DNA of 64,000 nt from Takakia lepidozioides (taxonomy: Eukaryota > Plantae > Bryophyta), in assembly GCA_030704615.1 (NCBI GenBank), contig CM060731.1:18538001-18602000 (forward strand), read 5' to 3'. The position numbers and the translations under genes are program-made. The stretch's first letter is position 1; every line of letters starts with the position of its first letter. Under the pieces are notes generated by a model. That model was not told the DNA's origin, ran no database searches, and saw only the letters and a program-made list of their open reading frames with translations. Of this stretch, positions 1 through 12,500 are shown in pieces.

Positions 1-365
1 TCCGCTGAACCAAAAAATTAAAAAAAAACAAGAACATGGTGGATGCTCACCAACAACAAGCGACGACTGGTTGGCGGGGCCCTCCTGCTTACACTCCCTC
101 CCTTTGTGTCCACCACGTGCCACAGCAGCAGAAGAGAGATCAGCCCCCTCTTGTGCGATAAACTGAGAAGAAAAGAAACAAACAACACATTAAATCAATC
201 AACCTAAGAGGGAAAGAGAATGGAGATGGAGATGAAATGAGAGCGAGAGAGAAATCAAACAAATAAAGTAGGAGATGGAGACACGGAACACGAACCTTAC
301 CTGGATTGGAGTAGCGAGCAAGATGTATGCGAGAGAGAGCGAGCTGGATGAGTTGTAGAGACACT

Positions 366-598
366 TAGGGCTACAGCCCACGGGTGGAACCGGAACCGGA
401 TGCGCTTTAGAGTCCCCAAACCCCGGTTCCCACACATGTGGTCGTAGCTAGAACCGCCGGTTCCGGTTCCCACACAATCCCCAATTTCCGGTTCCGGTTC
501 TGCAAAGGCGGGTCCGGTTCCGGTCCGGTTCCACATAACCGGAACCGGAACCGGAACCGGCTGTTACCCGGGGCCAGGCGGGTAACCGCCCAGCACTG
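366..598. mobile_element. Short non-autonomous DNA-transposon-like (MITE/hAT-type) remnant with GGAACC/GGTTCC sub-terminal repeats
   Basis: Clustered (GGAACC)n and (GGTTCC)n in both orientations; ends resemble hAT termini (TAGGG... / ...CACTG). No clear TSD. Confidence 0.35.
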
Positions 599-1069
599 GT
601 CTATTCTTGCTGGCCCTCTTTCTTGTGCCCTTGAGGAAATTGTGGAGTTGTGAAGCCACCCTCAGCCTCAGCGAGAAAGGGAGAGCCAGAGACGGAGACA
701 GATCAGCAGCTTCCTGTGAATCACTGGCAAAAGAAACATGGCTGGCTCCGAAAAAAACAGACAAAATCAAACCTGACAATTGATGAAAGGCTTCCCCTAC
801 ATCACCATGTAGTCCCCTAATACTAGTATCTGGCCCAAAACAAAGAAAACAAAAGATATGTTCATCTTGAGAATTATGAAAAATTTCGATACCCTTACAA
901 AGGTATCATGTTGAAGTTGGGATGTGTGTTCTATATAAGTTTAATATATCAAACTCTTACACGTTGATACTCTTACATTGGTATCATGTTTGGTATATGT
1001 ACATAGCCATATATTGGCACCAACATCCACAAAGAGAGACAATCCCACTTTTACAAGCGCTTTGTGACT

Positions 1070-1097
1070 TCCTCTCTCTCTCTCTCTCTCTCTCTCT
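1070..1097. repeat. (CT)n microsatellite
   Basis: Run of ctctct... seen directly. Confidence 0.9.
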
Positions 1098-1978
1098 TGC
1101 TCTCCCTTAGGCTTATCTTGGGCTCAAGCCTTACCACGGGCAAAGGATTGACAGACGGACAACAAGAATAGACGGGCAACATGTATTTTTAGCTTATACC
1201 TGTGTATGTATATATGTATAATTTATATATATACACATATATATTATATACAGAAATAAGTTAAAAATTATAGATTACAATTCAATTGAATTGTAGTCAG
1301 CAATTCAATTGAATTGCGCACTTTTAGGGGGTGATCAAGTGAATTGCGATGCATTTCACATCAAGGCCTTTTTGGAATTCCTTAGGCGGCCATGCATCAT
1401 CGCACTCTCTTTCCCTGCTACTAGATGCTTTATCCCTCCAAGCATATCCCACGGATCTAGCCGTCGTAGGGACGACATCCATCCGACTTAGCTTCAGACT
1501 AAATGGATGAGCTTTACCGGATGAACAGTAGCTTGGATGGAGAATCGAGGTGATGAGAAGGTCAGACGTGCGCAAGCGCGGTCGTCTTACTTGACCGCAG
1601 TCAAGATTTGGCGACACAGTGACCCGCGCGGCGACCGTGCGGCAGACTGCGCGCCGCTGGTCCCGGACCCGCGGCAAAAATGCAAGCACTGAACAGACAG
1701 AACGTAAGCATGTTGGCTTGCAAGGATATGGCAGTTGTCCCAAGGCTTCCACATTCTTTCTTCGGATTGATTCTGCGAGATGGGCTCTTCAGACTTGGCT
1801 TGCAATGGTTATAGATCTCACCCCGAATTGGGGTGGAGCATACAGGCCAGAAGAATGGCGGAGGGATCAAGGGGAGAGCAGACTGCGAAAATCGCAAAGT
1901 TTCCACAGTGGAGGTGGCTTCGAAAACATGCAGAACACCACCACCACCTCACGACTTTTCGATCATAAGTGTGAGAGG

Positions 1979-4900
1979 ATGAAGGCACTGCTGGAGGATG
2001 TGGGAATTCTAGGGCGATTACGATGATGCTGTTTGCAGAAAATCAGGAAGGGAAGATTCAGCATTACTTTGGAAGGTAAGTTCCAGTCCTGGAGCAATCA
2101 TCGTTGCTATGAGGGCCAAAGAGGCAATATCGGGCACAAAAAATGCCTTCTTCCCTGGTGGCTTGATTCGTTGGCTATCGTAGAGATGATCACTCCGCCA
2201 CCATTTCACAGCATGCACTATACAATGGATTGAATTGTCAGTGCTACCCTATCCGTCACTCATTAATTGCTTCTCCTTTTAAGTGAGTACTTGCTGTGCA
2301 TTGCGTCGCGGCTCCATTCATGGTTCCCCGTTGTCTTCACTCTCTCAGGCACAGAGATGGCAACGGGTTCCGTGGCTCTCCTGAGCTTGCAGGGAGAGGC
2401 TGTACCCGATACTCTGTCTTCTCCTAGGGGTGAAGGGGAAACCCTCATATTCTGCAGCAGAGTAACGGACCAGGTTGTGGACCTGAAATGGTTATCCGCT
2501 TTGGCAATGCCAGGTCCCAGCTCCTTGCGATTGATGGCTGTGATTTCTCCTCAGCCTCCAGAGATTACGAAGAAAGGTATGAACATGAAATCTTTGCTCA
2601 AAATCCTGAGTCTCTGATTATTGGCATGAGAGCAGCAGAATTTACTCCACCCTAAGCATATGTAGGCTATATGCTGCTCTACCACCATATAGAATTTGTG
2701 TGTGCATTGGCAGTTGCTCCTGGCCTTTTGGTGGTGGAGAGAGCTTTAGAGACTAGCAATCCTTGTGAAGACTGACACAATTAGGAGCTGCTAAGGTTGT
2801 GTTTGCATGCAGGCCAAACAATAAGCAGAGATCCGCTCTGGCAGGAGTTCTTCTCTGATCCTTCACAGTGGTGGGACAACAGGTTTGAGAAGGTGAGTTA
2901 TCTTCTAGGATTTTTCTATTTCCCTTCTAAAAACCACAAAAGGGTAGTTGTTATAACTGTTGTTTCTATTGTGTTGTTCCTCCTTGCTAGCAGAGCATGA
3001 AAGGAGTTTTACTTAAGGTTGTTCCCTGTTATGGAAAGCTATGGTGGTGGCAGTCTGATGTATGCGCATCCCACTGGTGGTTTTCTCAGAAAAGTCCAAG
3101 ATCACCAGACTTCAGACATAAGCACACAAAAGAGGCTCTTTGGGTTGAGGACTGGTCAAATCCACCTTGGGTGAAAGCAGAGGTAGCTGCCATGATACGA
3201 AATCAAGCACAATGTGGTGATGTGAGGAAACTATGTATGGCAGGACAGCTGAAAGAGGCCCTGCACATTTTAAACCAACTAGGCAGTTCGGCGGATTCTG
3301 ATACTTACGTCTCTCTCTTGCGGGAGTGCATCAACATGCAAGGTCTAACAGAGGGAAAGCAGGTGCATGACCACATTATTCAAAGTGGATTCAACGCAAA
3401 CATACTTTTACTCAACACCCTTGTCAATATGTATGCCAAGTGTGGGAGCACGGTGGACGCACGCAAAGTATTTGACAAAATGCCTCATCGAGATTTGTTT
3501 ACATGGACTACTATGATAGCAGGATATGTGAAATATGGGTGCAGTATGGAGGCTTTCACGATGTATGATCAAATGATACAGGAAGGGACATTGCCCAACA
3601 AGGTCACCTTCACCTGTGTTATGAAGGCATGTGCCTGCCTAGGAGCTCTGGAAAAGGGCAAAGAGGTCCATGCTGACATCATCAAAGTTGGAATTGCACC
3701 AGATCTCATTCTGTACACTGCACTCGTCGACATGTATGCCAAATGTGGGAACATGAAGAATGCACGTCAAGTGTTTGACAACATGGCTCAACGAAATGTG
3801 GTGTCATGGAATGCACTGGTGGCAGGATATGCTCAGCATGGGAATGGCAGGGAGGCTTTTGAGATCTATGAGCAGATGATACGGGAAGGGGTGACGCCCG
3901 ACAAGGCCACATTCGTTTGGGTCCTCAATGCATGTGCGAAGATGGCAGCCCTGGAAAAGGGCAAAGAGATCCATGGAGAGATAATCAAAGCTGGAATGGC
4001 TTCAGACATCATTCTGCAGAACACCCTTGTCGATATGTATGCCAAATGTGGGAACATAAAGGAAGCACGTCGAGTGTTCAACAATATGACCCAACGAAAT
4101 GTAGTGTCATGGAACACAATGATCACAGGATATGCTCAAGATGGGTGTGGTGGGGAGGCTTTTGAGATCTATGAGCAAATGCTACAGGGAGGGTTGACGC
4201 CCAACAAGGTCACATTCATCTGCTCTCTCAATGCATGTGCGAGCCTGACAACACTGGAAAAGGGCAAAGAGGTCCACGCTTCCATCATCAAAGCTGGAAT
4301 TCTACCAGATATCATTTTGGAGACTTCCCTTGTTAACATGTATGTTAAATGTGGCAGCATAAAGGATGCGCGAAAAGTGTTCAATCATATGGCTCAACGA
4401 AATGTGGTCTCATGGAGTGCAATGATTGCAGGATATTCCCAACACGGGTGTGGAAGGGAGGCCTTTAAGATGTACAAGGTGATGATAACGGAGGGGGTGA
4501 TGCCCAACAAGGTCACATTCACTTGTGTTCTCAATGCTTGTGCGAGCCTGGCAGCTCTGCAAATGGGCATGGAGGTCCACAATGATATCAAATGGGCATG
4601 GAGGTCCACAATGATATCATCAAATCTGGAATTGCGCCAGATATCATTCTGGAGAATACCCTTCTTGACATGTATTCAGCATGCGGGAGCATAAAAGATG
4701 CACGCCGTGTTTTTGACAATATGGCTGAAAGAAATGTGGTCTCATGTAATGCAATGATGGCAGGATATGCACAACATGGGTGTAGTAGAGAGGCCCTCCG
4801 ACTATTCGTACAAATGCAAAAGGATGGCTTGAAGCCAGACAGAATCACGTTCACATGTGTTCTCTCTGCCTGTAGCAGAATGGGCCTACTGGATGAAGGC

Positions 4901-5659
4901 CATCACTACTTCAATTCCATGTGTCGAGATCATGGCCTCATTCCAACAGTGGAGCATTTTGGCTGCATGGTGGACCTTCTTGGCCGTGCAGGGCGATTAG
5001 ATGAGGCCGAATGCTTCATTAAGACAATGCCAATCAAACCAGATGCTTCAGTGTGGGGGGCTCTGCTTGGTGCCTGCAGAATCCATGGCAATGTGGAGCT
5101 AGCAGAATTTGCAGCAAAACATCTTCTGGAGAGGGATCCACTGCACGCAGGAGCTTATGTGCTACTATCAAACATCTATGCTGCTGCTGGCAGATGGGAT
5201 GATGCAGCAAAGGTGAGAAGAATGATGCAGGTCAGGGGGATCAGAAAGGAGCCAGGGTGCTGCTGCATCGAGGTGGAAAACCAGGTGCATACATTTGCCA
5301 TGGATGATAAATTGCATCCTCAAATTAAGGAAATCCGTGCTGAGCTGAAGAAAATTATCATGCAGATGGAGAAGGCTGGGTACATGCCTGACACAAGTTT
5401 TGTATTACATGATGTGGAGGAGGATCAAAAGGAATTCTCTCTTTGCCACCACAGTGAGAAGCTGGCCATAGTGTTTGGGCTAATCAGCACCCCCCCTGGG
5501 ACAGCTATCCGTATTATGAAGAACCTTCGGGTATGTGATGACTGCCACACGGCTACCAAATTCATCTCAAATATTGCCGGGCGAGCAATTGTTGTTAGGG
5601 ATGCCAACCGCTTTCACCACTTCCAAAATGGGGTTTGTTCTTGTGGGGATTACTGGTGA
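1979..5659 (+). CDS. PLS-class pentatricopeptide repeat protein with E and DYW deaminase domains (organellar RNA-editing factor type) and an N-terminal OSB-type PDF motif; frameshifted, possible pseudogene
   Basis: ORF 2997-4694 contains ~101-aa P-L-S triplets (e.g. LVDMYAKCG...ARQVFDNM...NVVSWNALVAGYAQHG). ORF 4592-5659 contains the E domain, PG box (KEPGCCCIEV), HSEKLA, CDDCH and a terminal DYW. Upstream exon 2813-2892 (WQEFFSDPSQWWDNRFEK) splices GT-AG to 3090 (KSPRSPDFRHKHTKEALW). A 29-bp duplication at 4561-4618 shifts the frame. The start is uncertain (ATG 1979 or ~2357). Confidence 0.9.
4561..4618 (+). repeat. Exact 29-bp tandem duplication inside the PPR CDS
   Basis: aaatgggcatggaggtccacaatgatatc occurs at 4561-4589 and again at 4590-4618. 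Confidence 0.95.
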
Positions 5660-6592
5660 AAGGGCAGAAGGGTGATCATGTAATATTACTTCCGTATACC
5701 AAAGAGTAGAGATGGAAGAAATGATCATTAAAGCACCACATGTCTGGGAGTGTTCATGGCATTCAGCAAAATCTGAGTGGCAATTACTGAACACATCTGG
5801 TCCTACTCTTGACCACATCACATCTCCAAGGTGTCTGACCTCTGATTGATAGGAAATTGAATACAAAAACCAGTCTGCATAGAGAATTTGAGCTGCCCAC
5901 GCTGGTGGCACCAAAGTACAAATGCATTAACAGCTGCACAGCGAAGTCATGGAAACCTTACTGCAGATTACTGTTCAACAAATTGACAGATGGAGGGAAC
6001 CAGGGCATTTAGAATCCTTCTTCAGGTTGATGTCTTTGGTCTGAAAAAGATGAAGAAGGTAGTTTTAGAGAAAACTGGTGACAGGTCATAGACATGGGCC
6101 CTACTGACTGGAATCCTTCCTTACCTTTGATCAGGATCTCTTATAATCCCTCTGTGTACAGCCCTGTAATCTTAACCACTTTTGTTTGCATGAAAGCTCC
6201 AGGATGATAACATGCATCCCCTGTTCATTCTTTCCAGAAAATCATCACATCTTGTTACAAAATTATGGTGAGTGGCAATAAGTAGGGCTAATACAGTTGG
6301 CAAAACATCTAGTTAGCTTGTGATGTAAAGATGGCAATGGCACTTGTCCGCTCATGAGAGCGCCATGGTTTCAAGTATTTTAGTTTCATGACAACAACAC
6401 CCTTTTGACTGCCGTTGATGGTTATGCCATCTAAGTTCAAACTGTACTTACCCTTCAGAGCTAGGCGCTAGGACAAGCCTTAGGTCCTTTGGCCTATTCC
6501 TCGCAAAAAAGCCACAACTCAAAATTAAACCATTATAGTATCTTTGACAGCATGTGCTTAGGTCAGATTATACAAATGGAAACCACCGGTCC

Positions 6593-9500
6593 CTACAAGG
6601 CTTGACTGGCTCTCAGAAGTGATATTGTGGGGCCTAAAGCACCGGCCCGCAAAAACCGATGCCGAAATTGTGGCTCTGCATTCTTCGCCAAAGGTGCTCC
6701 ACAATCTCCCTCTCTCTCAACCCCCAATTCCTCTGCATCAGCAACCCCGTCAATGCCCTTTCGCTGCTCCACTTGTTCGGACCTCGTCTGAGTGGGCATG
6801 TCGGTGTTGGGTGTTCCTAAACTCTTGCCATTCCGCTTGACAAGTTTCCCAGACAGCTCCAGCTTTTTCTTATCAAGCTCCACTGAGAGGATGTCCTGCC
6901 AAGCTGCTGGAATTTGCAATCAGTGGAGTATCTTTGGTCCCCAAGTACAGACCATCCTGCGGCATCAGTTTCCTTCTATTCATGATAAAGGAATTTATTA
7001 CCAAAGGCATTACTGTGAAAACATCAGTTGGACTCCTTATCTAAGCAAAATTAGCACTGCCTTTAAAAGTATCTATAATCCGTGACGTTGAATCAAAACT
7101 TCTTCCAAGTATCAAGTAGTACGTACCTAGACAATTCACCAGCCCATGTAGCTTCTTGGCTTACCATTACCACAACAACTCAACAGTGATTGCATCGGCC
7201 AGCTCTGAGATATCCAGGTGCCCTGCCGATGCTTGCTATAGGAACTGTTCAAATTTACCCCCAGAAAAGTAGACTTGGTAGGATGGGTTGGACACAAAAA
7301 GGTCAGATATAATTGTCCATTTTGCTGACCTACTCTGGCCTAACTAACTGTAAGTCAAAGGGTAACCATATTGGATGTTTTCAGAACACGTGAATACCTG
7401 CATCTGACATAAATGGGGTTCCTGCTCTTGCTGCTGCTGTATCCACCATCTCAGGTTTGGTTTGAGTACCACATTTGACATCTGCACCATTGCACCGTAG
7501 GGTGGCTTTTCCTCCCACATCTTGATTGAACTCAAGTGATTTGCTCTCAGCTCCTTCTTGTGCTGTGGCATGAGAGGGTATGCTTGCAGACCCAACTCCA
7601 TCCAGACAGTCAGGCACTAATGCCTGGGGTTCTGACAGTGCAGGATTCGGGCCTTTCTCTATAACCCGCACCTCCACGAGCGCAACGACCTCCACCTGCA
7701 AATACCACAAATGTTCAACGACGAATCTGATGCTCATCACATTGTGAACAGACAGGAACCAAACACAAAGCTCACAGCAACATGGAATCCCGAAAAGAAA
7801 AGAAAAGAAAAATACAGAGACTGCAGTGCAGGATGACTTGGCTGATCAAAGTAGGATCTACTCGTTGCCGGTTCCTGTCAAGTTGGCAATGATAAACCAA
7901 TGTAGGCATAGTTCCATGTGTTAATAACCCTCTAAGAACTGTCATGGGGTGTCAGCCCCAAACAGCTATGAAAATCATCTCCAAATTGCCTTGGCACTAG
8001 TTCGCAGCCCAGGATGATATCCTTTTACAGAGATTTGAGTATTCATCTGAAGGCTCACATCGACATCCTATATGCTGAATAGTACAGCTTATAGAGAGGG
8101 GAGATACTACGGTTGCACTCTCAGCCACATGGAAAGGGTATAGTGACACTAGGGCAGAGAAGGAAGTCACACTGTGTTACTAATGAGAAAGAAAAAAAGG
8201 CAAGAAAGATGGAAAGAAGAAAGAAAGAAAATTCAACCCCAAGCGTTGGAGGGGAGAACAAGAAATATATTTCGTCCAACAGGTCCGGAAAAACTCACCT
8301 CCAGTGAGCCATCTGTGTTATAAGGTGCAGAAAACATCTCATCCTGCTGTGCATCCAATGCAACTAACGGATACTCTGGCACTGCGACCAATGTAACCAT
8401 GCCTGAGCCCTTACATTCTGACACTTTGCCAACCTGCAAGATCATGATTAGAAGTTGTGCTCGAGAAGTGCAAACCTTCAACAGCAGAATGAACAAGTGT
8501 CCAATATGATGGAAACCCTTCTTGAGATTGACATGGCATTGACATCTGCTGGAGTAATAGGTTATCATGACAAAATATATTCTGATGAGTTCGTACAAAA
8601 CTTCATGGAGAGATTACACAGAACAACTTACTCTGTAGGTGGAGAGTTCAGGGGTCCAAGACTGTGTCAGCTCCACCAGCCGGTATGCCAAAATGTCCCC
8701 TTCCTGGGAAAACGAACCTCTTTCATCAAACACCTCTTCCTCTTTGGACTTCAAAGATACAAACAAACATGCCTCTCATGTACTCAAAGTGAAATTATAC
8801 TCGTCGTATATTTGAGAGGAACTGTTTCGCTTGTTAAACATGCAAGTGTTAACTAGGCAGATTTCCATAGGGTGGGAGAGGGAGAGAGAGAGGACCTGAG
8901 GTATTCCCTCCAGTAGAGGAAGCTCCTCAAACTTGATCTGGTCTGCCTCTAGTGCAGCAACCTCCTCTGTAAACTTCCTTGCCGAGTTATTCTGTGTGTT
9001 TCTGCATTTGTAAGACGGTTCCTCCTGGCCCCAGCCTTGGCCTTGCCTCTTATTTTGAATATCATTCCTCACACTCGGGACAGACTGCATATCCACTCAA
9101 CTCAAGGCTTTGTCATTTCCCGTCTTCTCTTGCTACAAAGTCTCATAGATGAAGACCTCGTACCTGTCTTATTGCATAAAGCTACTTTCCAGAGCACAAA
9201 GGCCACAACTTCCCACCTATCCTCCTATCCATTCTGGATAACCCTAACAAATATGAATGAGCATCCCCTAGCCACCTGTCCAGCATACTTGGCAAACGTT
9301 GTGCAAAGGCAACCCTGGTACATAAAGGTCCTGTTCCAAATCTATGATGTTGTACCAACTGAATCCCAGAGAAACCATAGGTCAGGCACCTACAAATGTG
9401 CTGTGTATGAAAGCCCTATTTCTAATGTGTATTAACCAACAGTGCAGTATGTGACAAGAGGGGACCTTTCCTACAACTCATACACCAGAGAGGGACAGGA

Positions 9501-12500
9501 CTTACCAAAGGCCAAGCTAGTAGATGTTCTCCATCATCTGCATGCATCAAACAAAGAACTGTATCTTACTTCACACTGCTGGAATATCACGGGTAGCTAG
9601 CGGAGTTCACATGGACGAACAGAGACTTCCCCAAAATACTTCAGTGACAATTATTAAATGAGTGTCATTGCTGCTACCCAGAAAGAGCTGCCATGGATTG
9701 TGCTTCTAGACAAATTCACTACACATAGCTATTACAGTTTCTTCCTTCGGATTCAAGTATGGCGACATTTGCAATACAACTACCTAATTGTGCGCGACCC
9801 AATCAACCGCAAATAGCTCACCCTCGGGACTCCCAAGGATTTCGAGCATTAATGATACTTTGCAATACAACAGAGGGAGACAAAGAAGAATTGGAACAGA
9901 TGGGGTCAACTTTAAGTTGGGAACCACTACCCTCATCATGAGGCTCAAACCGAAGGTGGCCAGGGGCAACCATGATTGGAAGCCTCTCTTCTTCTGCCTC
10001 TGCTTCTTCCTCCTTTTCTGATGCTTCAGGAACATAAAGATTGGGTATTTGCTTCGCATCTTCATCCTTAGGTCCCAAAGGCACGCCAGTCTACAGTAGA
10101 CTCTCACCAAAAACGAGTGCGTCATGACATTTTTCTACAGACATTGGGCTACACGAGAAACCTCTTTGGCAAACACCTTTGCCAGAGCTTACCTTGGTAG
10201 ACCAGAAATACTCTGGCTTCACCCTTGTAAACCTAAAATGACTCGACCAAAAATGAAGAAGAAACTGTGTCAATACATGTCAAACAAAGGGTTGACTTAA
10301 ACCTCCTACAGAAGAGCTCTGCTGTACATATAACCATTGAGAGCCAGAAACACCCTAGCCTCCATTGTGGAGGGCAGTAGTTAAGGCAGCAATCAACTAG
10401 CCATTGGCCCCAGCAGTAAGGTCAACAAGCATTTCAGGGTAATTCTGCACATGGCTGATGTGCCAGCCTTCTGGTCAGGGTGACGCAGTATAGAGAGTCC
10501 ACATCTCTAAAAGTACGGGTAATGGTCACTCATCCACACAAAGTGCCTGGTGGATGATGCCACCCTAACCCAGAAATCTCCCACGTTCTTTACAAGCATA
10601 TAGACTGACCCAAAGGGGAGTAACCTTTCTTGCTTCATTTAAAGACCACTGAGATTGACCATTTCATGCAATTGAAGGCAGTAAACCAGAGTTGCTAACC
10701 TGAGCTTGCTCACGCAGCCAGCGTCTCTTAGCTTGCTTCCTGCGAGCACTTCTGCTCGGTCTCTGCCAGCCCATACTCCAAGCCAAAGGTCAGTCAGAAT
10801 CAGCAGGGAGCCACAATGCCAACTTACCATCCATCCTCTGAATCCCAACCATCCACAAAAGCCCCATCACGCTAAATTGAATAGGTCACGAAGACTGGTG
10901 AGAAATTTGGAAAGAGGGCTTGAAGACAAGGAGATAACCCCTGAATAACGCACATGAGGATTCCACGTTGGTGCCTATGCTACTGGTTGAACACATAATG
11001 GGATGTGAACCATCCACAGAAGCAGGTGTAAGATCCCAATGCCTTTATGGACACTAGACTTTCAAACATCAAAATCAAGAAACTTCGAAGGAACTTGCAG
11101 TATTGTGACAGCCAGCACCTTTGGATCGGCAGAGCCTTCTTCTTCTGGAACGGTCTTATTTTCTTGCACCTTGAAACTGTCAGGGACACCATTAATGGCA
11201 CTGTCTTCTTTGCTGCAACCAAACAGATACAATAAAAATGGTGAGAAGCCATCACAGCCACCAGGATTGCACCCATGGATGCCCAAAGAAGTCTTGCTAC
11301 AGCTGTACAAAGTACAGCTGTTTGTAGTTCTGCACAAAACTTGAGAAAATTGCCTCCAGTTCTAATACTTCAAGGATAGGGGAAAAAACCCCATGGAATG
11401 GCTCTACAGACTGTTGCCTATTGAGCAGCAGTACCTCCCAAAGCCTTTTATCAAGAAGGCAACAGGGTAACTCTAACCCACCTTTGCTTTTTGTTACACT
11501 TACTCCCTACAATCTGTTGATCTTGAACCACATCTGCTTGAGCAGTCTTGCTCCTGCACAATCCAAACTTTGTCAGAGAACAATTAATAGGTGCTCTCAT
11601 GATCAACACGTGATGCAGAGCTTGCAACAACACCAGTTGCCAAAATGCAACTCTAAGTTCTAAGCTAATTACTACACACCTCTTCCCCTTCCTCTCTCCC
11701 TCTTTCACATATCCAGAGCCAGCAGTGTTGATCTCTCTTGTCGTCTCCAACTCCTGCTTCTCCCCGCTACCACTCTGTACTGCGGGTTTGACCTGAGCTT
11801 TTTCTGCCTCAAGCCCTGCATTCTGCCCATGCTTCTTTGGTCTTCTATGTCCGGAGGACAACTTTTCAGCACACTCATCCTTGTTTCCAACAGTTTCCTT
11901 TACAACACCATTGTTGTTGTCCACAATTTCTAGGTTCAAAGCTGGTTGGTGGCGATCGTCTTCCATCTCCTGGACCCCCTTGAGTTTCCTGACATACAAT
12001 CACAACATGAAATCTCAAGATGCACATTTAAGAAAATAAACATCTTGAAAAATCTGGAACCTGGAGCGATGTAAAATAAAATTCTGGTTACGAGTTGGCA
12101 GATGAAACCAATTAAGTGCAAGGCGCATGGGGCCCAAGCCCAGTTGGAATAACCGAACTTTTCCACAGAATAATCCATATACATTCGTGAAGCTGATTCT
12201 CTATCTTTTTGGGTGCCAACATAATTATAGGAAGGCATTCTTCCTGACCATCACTATACCAGGACAATGTGGAAAGAAACTGGCTGACTTACAACGGACC
12301 ATACTTTGAGCCAAGACAAAAACCTCACCTGCTGCAAGCGAAATGATGTGGCTTACCAAAGTATAAAAAAACAAAAGCTACAGATACAGCAGGTGTCAGA
12401 CCTCTCTAGATTCCCCTACTTGGATGGCTCTAGACACCTTTTGTCCCTAGGAATTCTACCTCACCATCAACTATCAACCATTTGCCATAAACCCTACACT

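Noticed and set aside
3569-5607. Minus-strand ORFs over the PPR gene
   Set aside because: Antisense shadows of the PPR repeats.
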